Origin: a virus
Taxonomy: Duplodnaviria > Caudoviricetes
Length of the DNA stretch: 55,802 bases
Reading direction: 5' to 3' (one strand)
IMG/VR virus record: IMGVR_UViG_3300011252_000208
Coordinates: 1-55,802 of that record
Made by a program: the position numbers and the translations under genes. Positions 9,271 to 19,200 of this stretch are shown piece after piece; positions within the stretch are counted from its first letter, which is position 1, and each line of letters begins with the position of its first letter. The notes beneath the pieces were generated by a model. That model ran no database searches and was not told the DNA's origin. It saw only the letters and a program-made list of their open reading frames with translations.

Positions 9271-9732
9271 TTATCCTTCAGATTTATTCCGTGAGCCGAA
9301 GCTAACAGAAGATTTACGTTGTGGTGCCAGTTTTGGCATAAGGGCGTTGTTTTCCCGCATCCAATCGCGGTCAACAGCGTCCATTTGATTACTAGCCACT
9401 TGTGCAAAGTGTTGATTCCGCTGGTTTACCAATTCGGTAGGGATTCGGGCCAAAACCAATCCACCGACACCAATGGTGCCTGCGTTTCTTCCTTCGTCAA
9501 TGACGGGGCCAACATAATCAGGGTACTCTTCAGCGCGAACAAGTTCCCATCCCTCTTGCCGTTTCTTATGAACGTTAGTCTTATCATCATATTCCATGAC
9601 AGATTCACGAATCCATCTATGCTTATATCCTAGAGGTGGCTCTGGGGCGTCTAAAGCAGAACCCGGACGCCATTGTTGAATGCGCTCTGCGCTTTCCCGT
9701 GAATTTGAATCACGCGCTGACCTAGTTCCCAT
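9271..9732 (-). CDS. Conserved head-module protein
   Basis: LDAPEPP.GYKHRWIR...EGWELVRA...GGLVLARIP. Confidence 0.7.
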   Translation of the reverse strand: MGTRSARDSNSRESAERIQQWRPGSALDAPEPPLGYKHRWIRESVMEYDDKTNVHKKRQEGWELVRAEEYPDYVGPVIDEGRNAGTIGVGGLVLARIPTELVNQRNQHFAQVASNQMDAVDRDWMRENNALMPKLAPQRKSSVSFGSRNKSEG

Positions 9733-10674
9733 TTAATCGCTCCTACTTTCTAGTTTCACAACCTCTTTCGCATAAACTTCAAGAGGTATCCGCATTTTAT
9801 TAGCAAATGCGACTTGCCCCGGTGTTAGCTCCACCGATCTTTTCCGCCCAGATTTTAATGACCGTCCGTTACCAGACGCAGGCGTAACAACTTGGGCGTT
9901 CTGTTGTTTGGCCTGAAACTTGTGAGGCATTTCCTTGCGGATACGCTTGTCTATTTCAGAATAATATTCATCAGTAGTAGGGTCGAACCCTTCCTCACCA
10001 ACAATCTGATTGTGTATAGCAGTAGCCGCAGCCTTCATAACGTTGTCTTTTTCAAACCAATCGTTTTTAGACAACCACTTTTCCAACTTAGGGTCAGCCG
10101 CTTGTCTTTGCTGCTGTTGTGGTTGTTGCTGTCGTTGCTGCTGTTGCTCTGCCTCATACTGTCGTTGCTGTTCTTCACGCTTGGCCTTGGCAGTTTGCAG
10201 TCGAATGCGTTCCTTTTCGATAGCAACTTGTGACAATGCGGATTGCGCTTCAGCAACCTTTTCATAATCACCAGCTTCATGCGCTTCTGTCAAAGCGCGT
10301 TTGGCTTGCTGTTCCTGAGATACAACACGGCCCTCATACTCAGACCTATACCCTTGGTCTAACTGCTGAAGCCTAGCTTTCATTTGCTGGTTTTCTTGGT
10401 GAACTTGCTGTGCGTATTGAACTGCAGCTTCAGCCTCTTCTGTTGCAGCTTTACGCCGTGCAGTTAGCTGGTTAATGCGCTTCTTTACGCCTTCACTATA
10501 GCTTTCAAGTTCGTCATCGCCATCTGATGATTTACGAACTTTTGTTCGGGTTTCATCAGAATTACTGTCTGAATCAGCGGCTTCAACAGCAGATGATTCC
10601 TGATTGTCCTCTTCAAGTTCAATAGTAGTGCCGTTGAACTCTTCGTTTTCCATGCTTTCTTCAGCCATAGACAT
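9733..10674 (-). CDS. Capsid scaffolding protein
   Basis: Acidic coiled-coil, Gln-rich; YSEGVKKRI and LTPGQVAFA motifs; between portal and capsid. Confidence 0.75.
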   Translation of the reverse strand: MSMAEESMENEEFNGTTIELEEDNQESSAVEAADSDSNSDETRTKVRKSSDGDDELESYSEGVKKRINQLTARRKAATEEAEAAVQYAQQVHQENQQMKARLQQLDQGYRSEYEGRVVSQEQQAKRALTEAHEAGDYEKVAEAQSALSQVAIEKERIRLQTAKAKREEQQRQYEAEQQQQRQQQPQQQQRQAADPKLEKWLSKNDWFEKDNVMKAAATAIHNQIVGEEGFDPTTDEYYSEIDKRIRKEMPHKFQAKQQNAQVVTPASGNGRSLKSGRKRSVELTPGQVAFANKMRIPLEVYAKEVVKLESRSD

Positions 10675-10694
10675 TTCCTTAGCTCCCTAACTTT

Positions 10695-11177
10695 CTATAC
10701 ATACGAAACATCTGTTGGGTCAAGTATTGTGGCTATAATATTGTCGTCATTTATGATTCTGACCTCAAGACCGTCCACTTTAAACCTATTCCCAGCATAT
10801 CTTCCTATAAGAACCCAGTTTTTCTCCTGACAATAGGAGCCACTTGGGAACTTTTGTTCGTCTTTGTAGGCATCCGGGCCTAACTTAACTACATAAGCTG
10901 ACACAGTAGCAAATGACTCCCGCTCTCTAGTTTGGTCAGGGATATACAAGCCACCTTTTGTTTTGGCGCTAGGGTAATACGGAATAATTAATATTCTATA
11001 CCCAGTGGGCTGCGGTAAACGCTCAAGTACGGAAGGCTCAATGTTAGATGGATCATCAACATTTTTATTATCCTCTTCAGTCCCTTGCGTTTTAAAAGCG
11101 TTTTCTATCGGTTTGGATAGTTTTGTTTTCCTAGCTGCTTTCGCAACATGGTCAGGAACATACAATTTTTTAGTCAT
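10695..11177 (-). CDS. groES: GroES-like co-chaperonin
   Basis: PTGYRILI..KTKGGLYIPD..VVKLGPDAY..RYAG..RIINDDNIIA matches Cpn10 motifs. Confidence 0.85.
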   Translation of the reverse strand: MTKKLYVPDHVAKAARKTKLSKPIENAFKTQGTEEDNKNVDDPSNIEPSVLERLPQPTGYRILIIPYYPSAKTKGGLYIPDQTRERESFATVSAYVVKLGPDAYKDEQKFPSGSYCQEKNWVLIGRYAGNRFKVDGLEVRIINDDNIIATILDPTDVSYV

Positions 11178-11367
11178 CTTCTAACTCTATGCCTTTCATC
11201 GCGGTTTTAATTAAATCTTCGCAGTAGGTCATTCCGCGTATTTCGCCTACAAGATAACGGTACTCATCCCAAGATGAGGCCGAACCGTCCGCAACTCGGT
11301 CTTTCAACCTAGAATCACGCTCACGTATTTCTTTCAACAGATATTGTGCTAGATGTGCAGCGTCCAT
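11170..11367 (-). CDS. Conserved small phage protein
   Basis: WDEYRYLVGEIRGM motif; start moved to ATG after GGGAG. Confidence 0.7.
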   Translation of the reverse strand: MDAAHLAQYLLKEIRERDSRLKDRVADGSASSWDEYRYLVGEIRGMTYCEDLIKTAMKGIELEDD

Positions 11368-11430
11368 ACTTGTCTCCCTGCACACATAGTATGCAATTAT
11401 ACGGGATACGCAAGTATTGTTAGTAAAAAG

Positions 11431-11577
11431 CTATAAAACCCCTATAAATCTTTGGGGTCTTGCTATTCTACTAAACTTTTTTAAATATCTTGGCTTTGTT
11501 CTTGGTGGTTTTTTTAACTGCTGGCTTGGAACTTTCTTTGATTTTAGGTGTTTCCGCAACAGTCTGTTTGGCTTCAT
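11431..11577 (-). CDS. Overprinted small basic protein (48 aa, ends ARPQRFIGVL)
   Basis: Not in ORF track; AGAGG RBS then ATG at 11577; different frame from 11471..11659. Confidence 0.45.
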   Translation of the reverse strand: MKPNRLLRKHLKSKKVPSQQLKKPPRTKPRYLKKFSRIARPQRFIGVL

Positions 11578-11659
11578 TTTTAACCTCTGATGTAATTGCA
11601 GGTGAATGCTTTGCAGCCTTTATAACCTCTGCCATCTTTTGCCTTACTGAAGAACTCAT
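11471..11659 (-). CDS. Small Lys-rich protein
   Basis: ORF track; follows the stop of the 11661..11750 ORF. Confidence 0.55.
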   Translation of the reverse strand: MSSSVRQKMAEVIKAAKHSPAITSEVKNEAKQTVAETPKIKESSKPAVKKTTKNKAKIFKKV

Positions 11660-11660
11660 A

Positions 11661-11750
11661 TCATTTCCTATCTTCTATTTGCTTACGTTGTTGTGCAATC
11701 AAAATCTTTTGGCGTTCTAACTCTAAGAACTGCCTGTCTATTTCAGTCAT
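11661..11750 (-). CDS. Small coiled-coil peptide (29 aa)
   Basis: MTEIDRQFLELERQKILIAQQRKQIEDRK fills the gap after portal. Confidence 0.4.
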   Translation of the reverse strand: MTEIDRQFLELERQKILIAQQRKQIEDRK

Positions 11751-11769
11751 TTCAGGAAAATCTACGATA

Positions 11770-14223
11770 TTATCCTGTATTGGCTTTTGTTGCATTCATC
11801 ACCGCAATTTCACGCTGCGTCCGTATCCTATCTTCTGCAATTCTGGTCTTATCCTCTAAGGCTGCTTCAGAAACATCAATGCGCTGTTGATTTACCAGAA
11901 TGTCATTCTTTTCTTTCTCACGTTCTAACTCCTGCTTGGCTTCAAACTCTGAAGACTTGCGCTGCATATCAGCCGCTTTTAGCTGCAACTCTTGATTGCG
12001 TATGTCCACCAGTGGATCAGACTGCTGTGGCGGCTCTACAGCTTGCGCCATGCTTTCAACCATGTCTGCAATCATAACCGCAGCTATCTGGTCGATCTGA
12101 GGCTTAATTTGCTGCATCATCATTTGCATTTGTTCTGGGTTTTGTTGCACTTCAGGCGGTATTCTCTCCATAACCTGTGCCTGTGCCTGCTTTTCAGCCA
12201 TAAGCCCTATATGCTCCTGTATGTGGCCCTGTAAGGCCACAATAGACGCAGGGTTAAGCTGCATGGCAGGCGTAGACATTACCGCCATATGAGCCTCTAT
12301 GTGGGCCTGATGATCTTGCTCTGGAAATGCCTGCAGTGGAACGCCCATAAGCGCATTCTGGTTCTCTTTAGCAGCATTAGCAGGCGGGGGCGGTGGCGGT
12401 GGTGGTGGCAAAATAGCGTCAATGTTCGTAACGCCCAAAGCCTCGTACATCTTGCGATACGCCTGATACAGTCCCATAGGACCGCCGTGTATCTCAGGAT
12501 TAGACTGCACCAACTGCAATTCGCTTTGCGCCAAAGCAATGCGCTGCGACATGGAAAAGATGTTCGGGTCTGAAACAGGCAAAACATCAATGCGTTCATC
12601 AAAGTCTTGCGCTTTTACTTCAGGCCCAACTTCTTTGGACACCATATATGGATACGGCTGTAAGTCTTGCGAAAATATCTTCGACAAAAGTTTAAATTCT
12701 ATCTTTTGCGAATAATGCAATCGCTTATGAATAGCGGACATAACCTTAGTGCCACGTTCCATAATCGCCATAGTGGTGCCAACGGGCGTTTCACCGCTCA
12801 TCTCACCAACCTTCATGTCAGCCATAGATGCAAACCTGCGACCAGCATCAACCAGCGTACCCAAAAGGTTATACAACGTGCCAGAAGGCTCTTTGAACGG
12901 TAATGGCATCAAAGACGCCTGCAGCGTTTGTCCCACTACATCAATGTCACGAAACTCTCCGGGCTGTAGTGGGCTGTCTTCATCACGAATACGCGCACCA
13001 CGGGCTTTAAACCCCGCTGGAAGGTTAGCCAACGTGCCAGCATCAATAAGCTGACGCAGGATCGACGTTGAAGCCATAGCCAAGCCGCCAATCATATGCG
13101 TTAGGCCCAAGCCGTAAAAACCCAAACCGGGCAAAAACTTGTAATGCACAAAGTATTTTTGCGCACGTTTCATAGGGTCATCTTCTGGATAGTTGCGACG
13201 AATAGAAAGAATTTCATTTGTATCTTCTAAAATGGTCACAATGTACGGTAGCTTTAACCCCGTAGGCTCACCGTCCATTCCAATGTCCTCAAAGCCCTCA
13301 AGGTCCAAATCAGTGTGGACCTCATAAAGAGTTAAATCTGTAGAAGAATTAGAAGGGTGTACGCCCTGTATATCGTTAATTGACTCCGTAACCTCACTCA
13401 TCTGGTCATCAGATGTACCATCAGTCGGAATATCTATGTCGCTGTAAAAACCCGCAAGCTGCAGCTTTCTAACCTCGTTAGAATCCATCGTAATACGGTG
13501 CGTAATGCGGGGCGAAGTTGCCAAGTCAGTAGCGCCATATGGCACAATTAAATCTTCTGCATGAATAAAGTTGCTAACAGCGCGTTGCTTTAGTGGATCA
13601 CGGTAAACCTTCTTAAAGGTCGATCCAATCACAGGTAAATAAAACAACATTTGATCCAATTCAGGATCGTATTCTTCCATTTCATACGTGATCTGGTAAT
13701 TCATATAATCTTTGACACGCTCTGCCTGCTTAACAAGCATTTCGCTCTGCGCACCAATAACCTGCGTTCTAACAGGACCATTTGCAGGCAAAAGCTCACG
13801 ATACGCCTGCGCTTGAAACTGCGTAACACTTTCTGCCAACAATGGATGAACAACGCCTGACGAACCCTCAAAAGGCTCTGTGCGCTCTTCAGTCTTCATG
13901 CCTAGAAATTCTAGCCCCTGCTTGTACGTGTCTTCCCAATCTTCGCGGGACGCCAAGTCATCATCAATAAGGCCAACCAAGTCAGAAACAATGCGCCCAA
14001 GAATGGCAGGATCAACAACATCAGCCAAATTACCATCAAAAGGGACTTCTGGTGCAATACCCATTCCATCGTCATAATCACCAACTACAGCACTGCCGTC
14101 ATCAAACTCAAATACACCGGGTTCTGGCGGCAATTCAGGAATGTCTGCCAAAACGTTTTCTTCGGGCAAAATAGGCATTTCAGGAACACCACCCGGACCA
14201 GAATCACGATCTATAAAAGCCAT
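11770..14223 (-). CDS. Portal protein
   Basis: 817 aa; SREDWEDTYKQGLEFLG, HPLLAESVTQFQAQAY, FLPGLGFYGLG; downstream of terL. Confidence 0.88.
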   Translation of the reverse strand: MAFIDRDSGPGGVPEMPILPEENVLADIPELPPEPGVFEFDDGSAVVGDYDDGMGIAPEVPFDGNLADVVDPAILGRIVSDLVGLIDDDLASREDWEDTYKQGLEFLGMKTEERTEPFEGSSGVVHPLLAESVTQFQAQAYRELLPANGPVRTQVIGAQSEMLVKQAERVKDYMNYQITYEMEEYDPELDQMLFYLPVIGSTFKKVYRDPLKQRAVSNFIHAEDLIVPYGATDLATSPRITHRITMDSNEVRKLQLAGFYSDIDIPTDGTSDDQMSEVTESINDIQGVHPSNSSTDLTLYEVHTDLDLEGFEDIGMDGEPTGLKLPYIVTILEDTNEILSIRRNYPEDDPMKRAQKYFVHYKFLPGLGFYGLGLTHMIGGLAMASTSILRQLIDAGTLANLPAGFKARGARIRDEDSPLQPGEFRDIDVVGQTLQASLMPLPFKEPSGTLYNLLGTLVDAGRRFASMADMKVGEMSGETPVGTTMAIMERGTKVMSAIHKRLHYSQKIEFKLLSKIFSQDLQPYPYMVSKEVGPEVKAQDFDERIDVLPVSDPNIFSMSQRIALAQSELQLVQSNPEIHGGPMGLYQAYRKMYEALGVTNIDAILPPPPPPPPPANAAKENQNALMGVPLQAFPEQDHQAHIEAHMAVMSTPAMQLNPASIVALQGHIQEHIGLMAEKQAQAQVMERIPPEVQQNPEQMQMMMQQIKPQIDQIAAVMIADMVESMAQAVEPPQQSDPLVDIRNQELQLKAADMQRKSSEFEAKQELEREKEKNDILVNQQRIDVSEAALEDKTRIAEDRIRTQREIAVMNATKANTG

Positions 14224-14242
14224 ATTACTTTCCTATTGTAGC

Positions 14243-14342
14243 GTTGAGGCAGAAAAGCTCTACCAGTGAAAGGACAGAAACTGGGAGCCGCTGACGTAAC
14301 CCGTTGGGAGGTGCGCGGAACGCCAACCTAATCTGCCTCAAC
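14243..14342 (-). ncRNA. Structured RNA element upstream of portal, anti-SD loops
   Basis: 11-bp closing stem GTTGAGGCAGA/TCTGCCTCAAC enclosing two hairpins with CACCTCC and TCTGTCCTTTC loops. Confidence 0.5.
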
Positions 14343-14495
14343 CTCTTCAGCCATTACCGCGCCACAAGTCGGGCAGGTAATCGCAACTTCTTTTACAACG
14401 TCTTCGCCTTCTACATCTTCAATCACAACTGATTCGTCTGGCTGAAGAAAATAGTCCTTGTAAGGAATATCAACGTCGATTGTTATCTTGGGCAT
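14328..14495 (-). CDS. Small acidic protein with CPTCG motif (55 aa)
   Basis: Not in ORF track; start overlaps the stop of the upstream gene (TAATG). Confidence 0.6.
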   Translation of the reverse strand: MPKITIDVDIPYKDYFLQPDESVVIEDVEGEDVVKEVAITCPTCGAVMAEEVEAD

Positions 14496-14764
14496 TATTT
14501 TACACCACGAAATTTTGTGCCACGAAGTGCCGCGCCACCGCCACGGGAAAAACCTGAGTTCTCATCAGCCATAGAAGCGTCCATAGGCTGTGCATAATGC
14601 TCTTGCATAACGCCATCAACTTCAACGCTACCGCCGTGCATCATTTTCTTAACACTTCCACCGTATTTCATCTTTAACGGTTTACCAGACGCTTTGGCTG
14701 CATTCTTAGCCATAGCAATTCCTTTGGCATCATAGCTGTAATGCTTATCACCTACTTTGGGCAT
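14495..14764 (-). CDS. Small basic protein with xxGG motifs
   Basis: Start moved to MPKVG after AGGAG; MKYGGSV, MMHGGSV; ends RGTKFRGVK. Confidence 0.7.
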   Translation of the reverse strand: MPKVGDKHYSYDAKGIAMAKNAAKASGKPLKMKYGGSVKKMMHGGSVEVDGVMQEHYAQPMDASMADENSGFSRGGGAALRGTKFRGVK

Positions 14765-14774
14765 TCTATGTCTC

Positions 14775-16253
14775 CTAATAATATTCTCTGCGTTTGCTGT
14801 ATCTGTATTCGTCTTCATCATTATAGTCAGTTTTGGTCACGATAAAACCACCCTGTCTAAATCGCAGTATAGCCTGTGTCATCGAATCCGCCAAGTCATC
14901 ATGTTCACCATTCGGAAAAGCAGCGCATTCTTCCATAACTTCGTCAGCAAAATTAGTGTCAGGACACCACACAATGCCGCTCTCAAACACAGGTGCGCAA
15001 GAATGCATGCGCGTAAACTTATCAGCGCCCCTGCTAGGTGTAAATGGCGTCACAGGTATGCCCATACGCCGTAATTCCTGCGTTAAAGGCATGCCAGAAC
15101 CCTTTTGCTCTATTAAAACCATGTCAGGGTCATACTCATGGTACATATCATTGGCCTGTTCCTTTAATTCAGGAAACTCCCAACGCCCCTTGACTGCATC
15201 CAACAAAATAATGTGTTCTTCATCGCTGTTTTCTTCAAGAAATATACCCCAAGTCGTAATTGCGCTGTAGTCAGCACGATCACCCTTACTAAAGGCCGTA
15301 TCGTAACTTTGAATGATGTATGAACAAACGGGTGGGTCTTCTTTTTCCCAAATATTCCACCATTCACGCTTAATAATCGCACCCTCTTCAGCAGTAGGGT
15401 TCTGCATGTACTGCGCATTCCATTTTGCTACAGGAATAGACGCCTTTACGCCCTCAAGTTCATCCAAACTCCAATATTCAGGCCAAAGTGACTCGCCAGA
15501 AGGCATAATTGCAGGAAATTCAACAATTTCCCACTTATCAGCGCCCTTTTCGCTCTGTTTTGCCAGAACTTTCGCAGTTAAATCACGAATAGACCACCGC
15601 GTCATAACAATAATTATTGCGCCACCGGGCTGTAAACGCTGTCTAGGGCCAGAAGTGTACCACTCATACACATTATCTAGCGCAGTTGTACTAAGCGCAT
15701 CCTGTTCTGAAACTGGATCGTCAATAATTGCCAAATCAGCGCCACGACCAGCCAAAGCGCCGCCCACACCAACCGCATAATATTCACCACCGCCGCTGGT
15801 ACTCCAACGTCCACTAGCCTTTGCATCAGATGCCAAGCTGACTTTAGGAAATACGTCCCTAAATTCATCTGAATCAATCAGGTTTTTAATTTTACGACCA
15901 AAACCAACCGCCAACTCCGCCGTGTGCGTGGCCTGAATAATCTTCAGGTCAGGTCTGCGCCCCATAAGCCACGTTGGAAACAAATAACTGGCAAATTCAG
16001 ACTTCGTATGTCTAGGCGGCATGTTAATAATTAAACGTTTTAACTTACCGTCAGCCACAGCCTGTAGTTTTTCCGCATAAATCTTGTGGTGCCTGCCCTC
16101 AATAAACTGAGGCCAAACGTGCTTAACAAACGACATATAATTGCTGCTACGATCATCTCGGTCTTCTAACGTCGAAAGCCGCTCCAACATGGGAGCGACT
16201 GTCGCTAACTCTTCCTCAGTTAGATATTGCGCAAAGTTAGTCAGGTCGTTCAT
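14775..16253 (-). CDS. terL: Terminase large subunit
   Basis: MPPRHTKS Walker A, IIDDP Walker B, YDTA and HDDLADSMTQA nuclease motifs. Confidence 0.95.
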   Translation of the reverse strand: MNDLTNFAQYLTEEELATVAPMLERLSTLEDRDDRSSNYMSFVKHVWPQFIEGRHHKIYAEKLQAVADGKLKRLIINMPPRHTKSEFASYLFPTWLMGRRPDLKIIQATHTAELAVGFGRKIKNLIDSDEFRDVFPKVSLASDAKASGRWSTSGGGEYYAVGVGGALAGRGADLAIIDDPVSEQDALSTTALDNVYEWYTSGPRQRLQPGGAIIIVMTRWSIRDLTAKVLAKQSEKGADKWEIVEFPAIMPSGESLWPEYWSLDELEGVKASIPVAKWNAQYMQNPTAEEGAIIKREWWNIWEKEDPPVCSYIIQSYDTAFSKGDRADYSAITTWGIFLEENSDEEHIILLDAVKGRWEFPELKEQANDMYHEYDPDMVLIEQKGSGMPLTQELRRMGIPVTPFTPSRGADKFTRMHSCAPVFESGIVWCPDTNFADEVMEECAAFPNGEHDDLADSMTQAILRFRQGGFIVTKTDYNDEDEYRYSKRREYY

Positions 16254-19200
16254 AGGCTACCTAACCCCATACCAACTTGTCCGCCTCGGTTGTACCTGCC
16301 TACAGGAACGGGAGTTACAGGGTCAGAAAAGAAAATTTTGTTAGTTACACCAGCACGGTCTGTATGCTGACCGTGCGTTATCCCACCTTTATAATACAAT
16401 TCGGCTTCCGCCACAGTTTTTGGTGCTAACATTCTTTCATCTAAAGTCACTTTTTGCCCTCTAGCCCCTAAAGGAAGACTGTATTGTTGTGTTTTTGGAT
16501 TGTACTGTAATTTCTTGGCGTCTGGTCCTGTTCCAAACAACTTGGCATTCATCGCGTCAACGCCCAAAGCGTTTGTTGCTTGTGTTAAAATTTGGTTATC
16601 TGCGGGATTACCATATTCAAAGGAACTGCCCAGCTTACCCTCTTGTATTTGCGTTTTATACAAAACACCGGGAAGATCGCCAGTAACCGCAGTTTTAAAG
16701 TCTGTTAAATTCTTCTTAGCCTTTTCTGCATCCTGCGCTATTCTGTATGTTTGTGTAAGATCAATGTATTTTTTGCTTACATCGCCAGTATATTGCTTGC
16801 TTAAATCTCTTAGCTCCGCTCTTCTTTCTGCAATTTGTTTATTGGTTAAATTGGTTAAATTAGGAAAATCTCTGTTTATTTCTTCCATCCTTTTTCTATA
16901 ACCCGGATTGCCATAATCCATGTTTCCTCGGTTAGAAATCATGTCACGTATGGCGTACAATTCTTCATCTATTTGATCGTTAGCGCCGAAAACAACGCTC
17001 CTGTAAAATCCCTGCGGATCAATTTCACGCCTTGGATCACCCCTAAACCTACTGGTATCAAATATACTACTGTCTAAAATTCGTTCCGCAGCGGTTCTAT
17101 TTGCGTCCGCATACACATCTTCAGCCGATTTCACTCCTAAACTCGCATCTTTTACAGCATTATCAACATCATCTATTTTCTCTGAAAAGAACGTTTTAAA
17201 GTTGTCTGGTCTTCCACCCGCATCAGCAAAATCAACTCTTTCTTGTGCCGCCTTCATAGCAGCGGCAGAAAGATCGCGGTCTAAACCACTTCGCATAAAA
17301 CGATAACCTGTAGCCGTACTAGGAGACATTGATTGATAAGCGCCAGCCCCATAAGCCTTTCCTGAAGGAACCCCCGCTTCACCCAAAGCCTCTGGACTTC
17401 CCATTGGTCGATTGCCCTCACCTGTGCCGCTATAATCTGACCTATCACGACCTAAAGGAAATCCGGGTTCTGGATCATAAGCCACAGGGGAACCCTTGTA
17501 GAAAGTAAGCGTTTCATTGCTGGGTTTAATGTCAGTGGAAATCGTATTGTTTTTAGGTGTTAACTTACCTAGCCTTCCTAACGGCGTTACCGCAGTAGCC
17601 GCTGCAAGTGGACCCCCTATAATATTACCAACTCTATCACGCGCATTTGTTTCAGTGCCTAATCTACCAAACGCATCAAATACGCTATCAACAGCCCCGT
17701 AAACAGCTTTCGGCGGATCATACAAAGTATCAAATACACTTCGCCCAAGATCAACAGCCGCGCCGCCTAAGTATTCTAAAGGCTTTCCCTCTGGCCCTAT
17801 CACATCGTCATAAAAAGAAGTAGCCAATTCACCGCCCATTTCACCAGCGGCACCAAATACAGATTGATCGTAATTTGGCCCCAACATAAATGCAGAATTA
17901 ACACTTGCAGGCAAATAATTACTTATACCTTGCATGAAAGTTTCCTGCTTTGGCAAAGCCGCAGCGTTCTGCATCGTAGGCCCAACAGAACCATCGTTGT
18001 AGTTGTCTTGAACGCTGCTAATCGCATTGTTTACATATGGATCAAACGAAGCAGGACGTAGCTGTGGACGCAAAGAACGCTGTACTATGTTATCGGGTTC
18101 TGGCTCTGGATTAAAAAACCCACTTGACATTATATCAGGATAAACAGGAGCGGCTGCGGCGTCAGCGTAGAAGTTGTATGCGGGAGCAACGGGATCGTTA
18201 TCTACACCCCTGCCGCCTCTGCCGTAAACATCATCAGGAAAAGGATCATACGAAAAGTTTCTTTCGTCCTTTTCACTATCGCTCATGGACGGTGTACTTA
18301 CGCGAGTTCTTACAGGATTGCCAAATCCATCCTTAACAGTTGAACCACTTTCCGTCTGCATATCAACATAACCACCACGGGCCATGCCAACAGGCGCTAC
18401 ATTAGATTTTTTTTTTACGCTGCCACCCATAGCAGAAATAAAGCTATCAATCGCAGAACCCATGCCGTCACTAACAGCGCCGCCACCCGCAAAGTAATTA
18501 GGACGCCGAATGGTCAAACCACCAACGTCAGATGTTTCCTCTTCATCATCATCGTCAACAACATCACGAACGACAGGGCGTAACGTGCTAGGCAACGTAG
18601 CTGAAGCGATAGCATCCTCAATCGCTGTAGCAGGATTAGCAGCAACGCGCTGTATAGGCATGCACACACCGTTAACCCTACGAAAACCGGATGGGCAACC
18701 ATCATCGTCGCCGCCCGTATCATCTTGCTCTTTCGGAACCAAACGAACTAAACCGCCCTCTTTATCCTCAAAGCCAACAGGCTTGCCTTCCTCATAAACA
18801 ATCTTGCCAGTGTCATAATAAGCCTGCAAAGCCTTATTGCGGTTTTCTTGCGACATGGCCTTAAAGTCCATAGGTCCGGGCAAAAGAAAACTCAACGCCG
18901 TTTCAAAGCCGCTAAGAACCTTGTCAGCAAAACGATCCTCTACAACCAAATCGCCTTTCTTATAACCGGGGCCATCCTCAGTGTGACGCGCACCAGCCAT
19001 AGCGTTGCGAATTAAATTAGTCTCGCCCTTGTTAGGCGCTTTCATACTTCTGGTTAAAGCCGCATATGAATCAAAAATATCTGTACCACCGCCATCTGGA
19101 TCAGCGGTAGCAGGCTGGGCTAAGGCGTTAGCTCTGTTCGCAGCAGCCGCAGGGGAATCATAACCAGAAGCCCCAGCCAAAGATACAACGTTACCCGCAG

